NCBI GenBank assembly: GCA_963666275.2
Contig: CAXXOA010000002.1
Coordinates: 224,001 to 288,000, forward strand
Direction of reading: 5' to 3'
DNA: 64,000 nt
DNA from: Oceanispirochaeta sp.
GTDB lineage: Bacteria; Spirochaetota; Spirochaetia; DSM-2461
The translations under genes were made by a program, and so were the position numbers. Below are positions 62,039 to 64,000 of the stretch, piece by piece. The notes below the pieces were generated by a model that did no database searches, was not told the DNA's origin, and saw only the letters and a program-made list of their open reading frames with translations. Within the stretch, counting starts at the first letter, position 1. Each line of letters begins with the position of its first letter.

Positions 62039-62742
62039 TGCTCTGCCGGATAGATCTGCATAATCATTCATGCCTCAGCCCCTGCGGCAGCCTGGAAATG
62101 TCCCCGGCAAGACTGGTGGAAGAAGCCGGAAAAAAGGGCATACAGCTGCTGGCTTTAACCGATCATAACGCTGTGGACAATCTTCCGGCCTTTGATGTGT
62201 GCTGCCGGAAATCCGGAATAACACCTGTGTTCGGCCTGGAAGTGACAGGCCGGGAGGAAGCCCATCTGCTCTGTCTGTTCGGAGATCTGAAATCCGCCAT
62301 GGAATTCGGCTATTTCATCTACGAAGACCTTGCCGCGATCATGAATGATCCCGAAACCATGGGAGACCAGATCATTGTGGACGAAGAGGAGAACATCCTG
62401 GGGGAGCTGGATAAATTCCTGATCGGGGGAGCCGTTGAATACTCCATAGAAGAACTGATCCCCATGGTACATCAGAAAAATGGCCTGTTCATACCGGCCC
62501 ATATCGACCGTCCCGCCTTCAGTATGGCCAGCCAGCTGGGATTTCTCCCGGACAACGACTATGATGCGGTGGAAGTGATGCACCGCCCCTGTGAACTGAA
62601 CAGACAGGGCTATCCGGAAATCATAGGAACCGACGCCCACTATCCCGGGAACGTGGGGGAGCGGAGCTTTACCGCCGACCTGGATGAACCGACCTTTGAG
62701 GCCTTCAGGGAGTATCTCAAGAAAAGAAAAAAAGAATTTTAG
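62038..62742 (+). CDS. PHP-domain phosphoesterase
   Basis: DLHNHSCLSPC, TDHN, AHIDR, DAH. Confidence 0.9.
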   Translation: MLCRIDLHNHSCLSPCGSLEMSPARLVEEAGKKGIQLLALTDHNAVDNLPAFDVCCRKSGITPVFGLEVTGREEAHLLCLFGDLKSAMEFGYFIYEDLAAIMNDPETMGDQIIVDEEENILGELDKFLIGGAVEYSIEELIPMVHQKNGLFIPAHIDRPAFSMASQLGFLPDNDYDAVEVMHRPCELNRQGYPEIIGTDAHYPGNVGERSFTADLDEPTFEAFREYLKKRKKEF

Positions 62743-62964
62743 AATTTCTCGGGGAATTTTGGATATATTCTGCAAATAACAATATAATTATTAAATGACA
62801 TCTGTTTAATGACAGATACTTTTTCCCGGAAAGGAAGCATAATAAGCTCATCAGGGAAAAAGGGAAAATCCGGGATAAAAAATATTTCGGAAGAAAAAGA
62901 GCAGAAAGGCACTGCTGATCGGTTAAAAAGAGAAGCAGGTCGATAAACCAAGGAGTATGGAAAC

Positions 62965-63528
62965 ATGAAAAGAAGTCTTATTTTGATCGGAGCGATTCTG
63001 ATGATTGTGGGATTGATGGCAGGATGTGCCTCAGGTGATAAAGTAAAAGAAAGAAGAGATATGCCCGAATGGTATCTCAATCCGCCGGTAGCAGAAGATG
63101 TTATTTACGGACTGGGACAGGCAAAACTCTCTTCCGACAGCCTGTCCAGAGATACAGCCATTGCCAGGGCCAGAAAGGACATCGCTCTTCAGGTCAGCGC
63201 CAGAGTACAGACAATGATGACAGACTATGCCCAGGAAGCCGGTGCGGAAGGCAACAGCCAGTCAATTACTTTCATTGAGACAATCACCAAACAGGTTGCG
63301 GATGTGGAACTGAAGGGAACAACAACAGAAGAGGTTTATCCCGCTGTTGACGGCAACTGGTATGCCATGGTGTCCTACCCCAGAAATGCCATGACCGAAG
63401 AAGTATCTGACATTTTCACAAGAAACGAAGATGCTGCCTTTGCCGAGTTTAAAGCGGATCAGGCCCTTGAGAGACTGGAAGCCAGTCTGGAAAATGACCC
63501 CATGAAATCTTCTGCCGGAGGCAACTAG
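62965..63528 (+). CDS. LPP20-like lipoprotein
   Basis: MAGCAS lipobox, PEWY, AIARARKDIA. Confidence 0.8.
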   Translation: MKRSLILIGAILMIVGLMAGCASGDKVKERRDMPEWYLNPPVAEDVIYGLGQAKLSSDSLSRDTAIARARKDIALQVSARVQTMMTDYAQEAGAEGNSQSITFIETITKQVADVELKGTTTEEVYPAVDGNWYAMVSYPRNAMTEEVSDIFTRNEDAAFAEFKADQALERLEASLENDPMKSSAGGN

Positions 63529-63549
63529 GCAGAACTTAAGCTGCATTTC

Positions 63550-63582
63550 AGGACCACCTCAGCCGGGGTGGTCCTTTTTTTT
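63550..63582 (+). terminator. Intrinsic terminator
   Basis: AGGACCACCTC-AGCC-GGGGTGGTCCT followed by a T run. Confidence 0.85.
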
Positions 63583-63670
63583 ACAGGATTCGGGAGAGAG
63601 CTTTCATGTTTAAATTGATAATTCACATCATAGGTTATATATTAAAAGTGAACCCCTGAACGAGGTACCG

Positions 63671-64000
63671 ATGAAAAAAACTATTTATCAAATAGCCTTC
63701 TCAACTGTTTTAATTCTGGGAATAGCCGCTACTCCGGTTTTTTCACAGATAACTGCCGAAATAGTGGACCTCTATGGAGAGGTGACAATTTCCAGAAATG
63801 GCGAATTTCTGGATGAATACGATATTGATTACGGAACAGAAATCAAGGCTCATGACATGATCCAGACCGGCCCGGACGGCTATGTTGAGATTTCCGTTGA
63901 AACACCCGTATCTCCCGAAGTAACAGTAAAGGTTCTGGAAAATACAACCCTCTATATGGACCATGCAATCCGGCAGCAGTCTCCCCAGACGACCTTTAAC
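63671..64000 (+). CDS. Exported FecR-domain-like protein, partial
   Basis: GAGG SD; MKKTIYQIAFSTVLILGIAATPVFSQ..GEV...DMIQTGPDGYVEI...VLENT; open to the window end. Confidence 0.65.
   Translation, partial: MKKTIYQIAFSTVLILGIAATPVFSQITAEIVDLYGEVTISRNGEFLDEYDIDYGTEIKAHDMIQTGPDGYVEISVETPVSPEVTVKVLENTTLYMDHAIRQQSPQTTFN

Overview
64 kb of an anaerobic free-living spirochaete-like chromosome (inferred from gene content: aroF-pheA fusion, LPP20, FliL-like and OppA proteins, dual-REC regulator, HydABCD). Bases 1-6898 hold the 5' part of a giant minus-strand secreted protein of more than 2,299 aa, built from a mosaic of 408-bp repeats and missed by the ORF track. The rest is mostly housekeeping, signalling and redox genes: an EAL protein, a diguanylate cyclase split at a T9 run, leuS, a Phd/RelE-type toxin-antitoxin pair, ung, aroF-pheA, oppA, uraA, thrH, two-component proteins, Trx/Grx/FTR, an MCP, a Gld-like ABC system, and an electron-bifurcating [FeFe]-hydrogenase operon divergent from a rex-CBS/kinase-DRTGG-PHP cluster. 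The most notable unannotated signals are: (1) a 27-codon leader ORF running through a U-rich tract into a terminator upstream of uraA, a candidate pyrL-like UTP-sensing attenuator; (2) a duplicated leuS 3' end plus terminator bracketing the TA pair; (3) a tandem structured intergenic element at 28121-28260; (4) a frameshift-switchable DGC; (5) many apparently leaderless promoters. I saw no rRNA, tRNA, CRISPR array, transposase or integrase. All family assignments come from motif recognition, not database searches.
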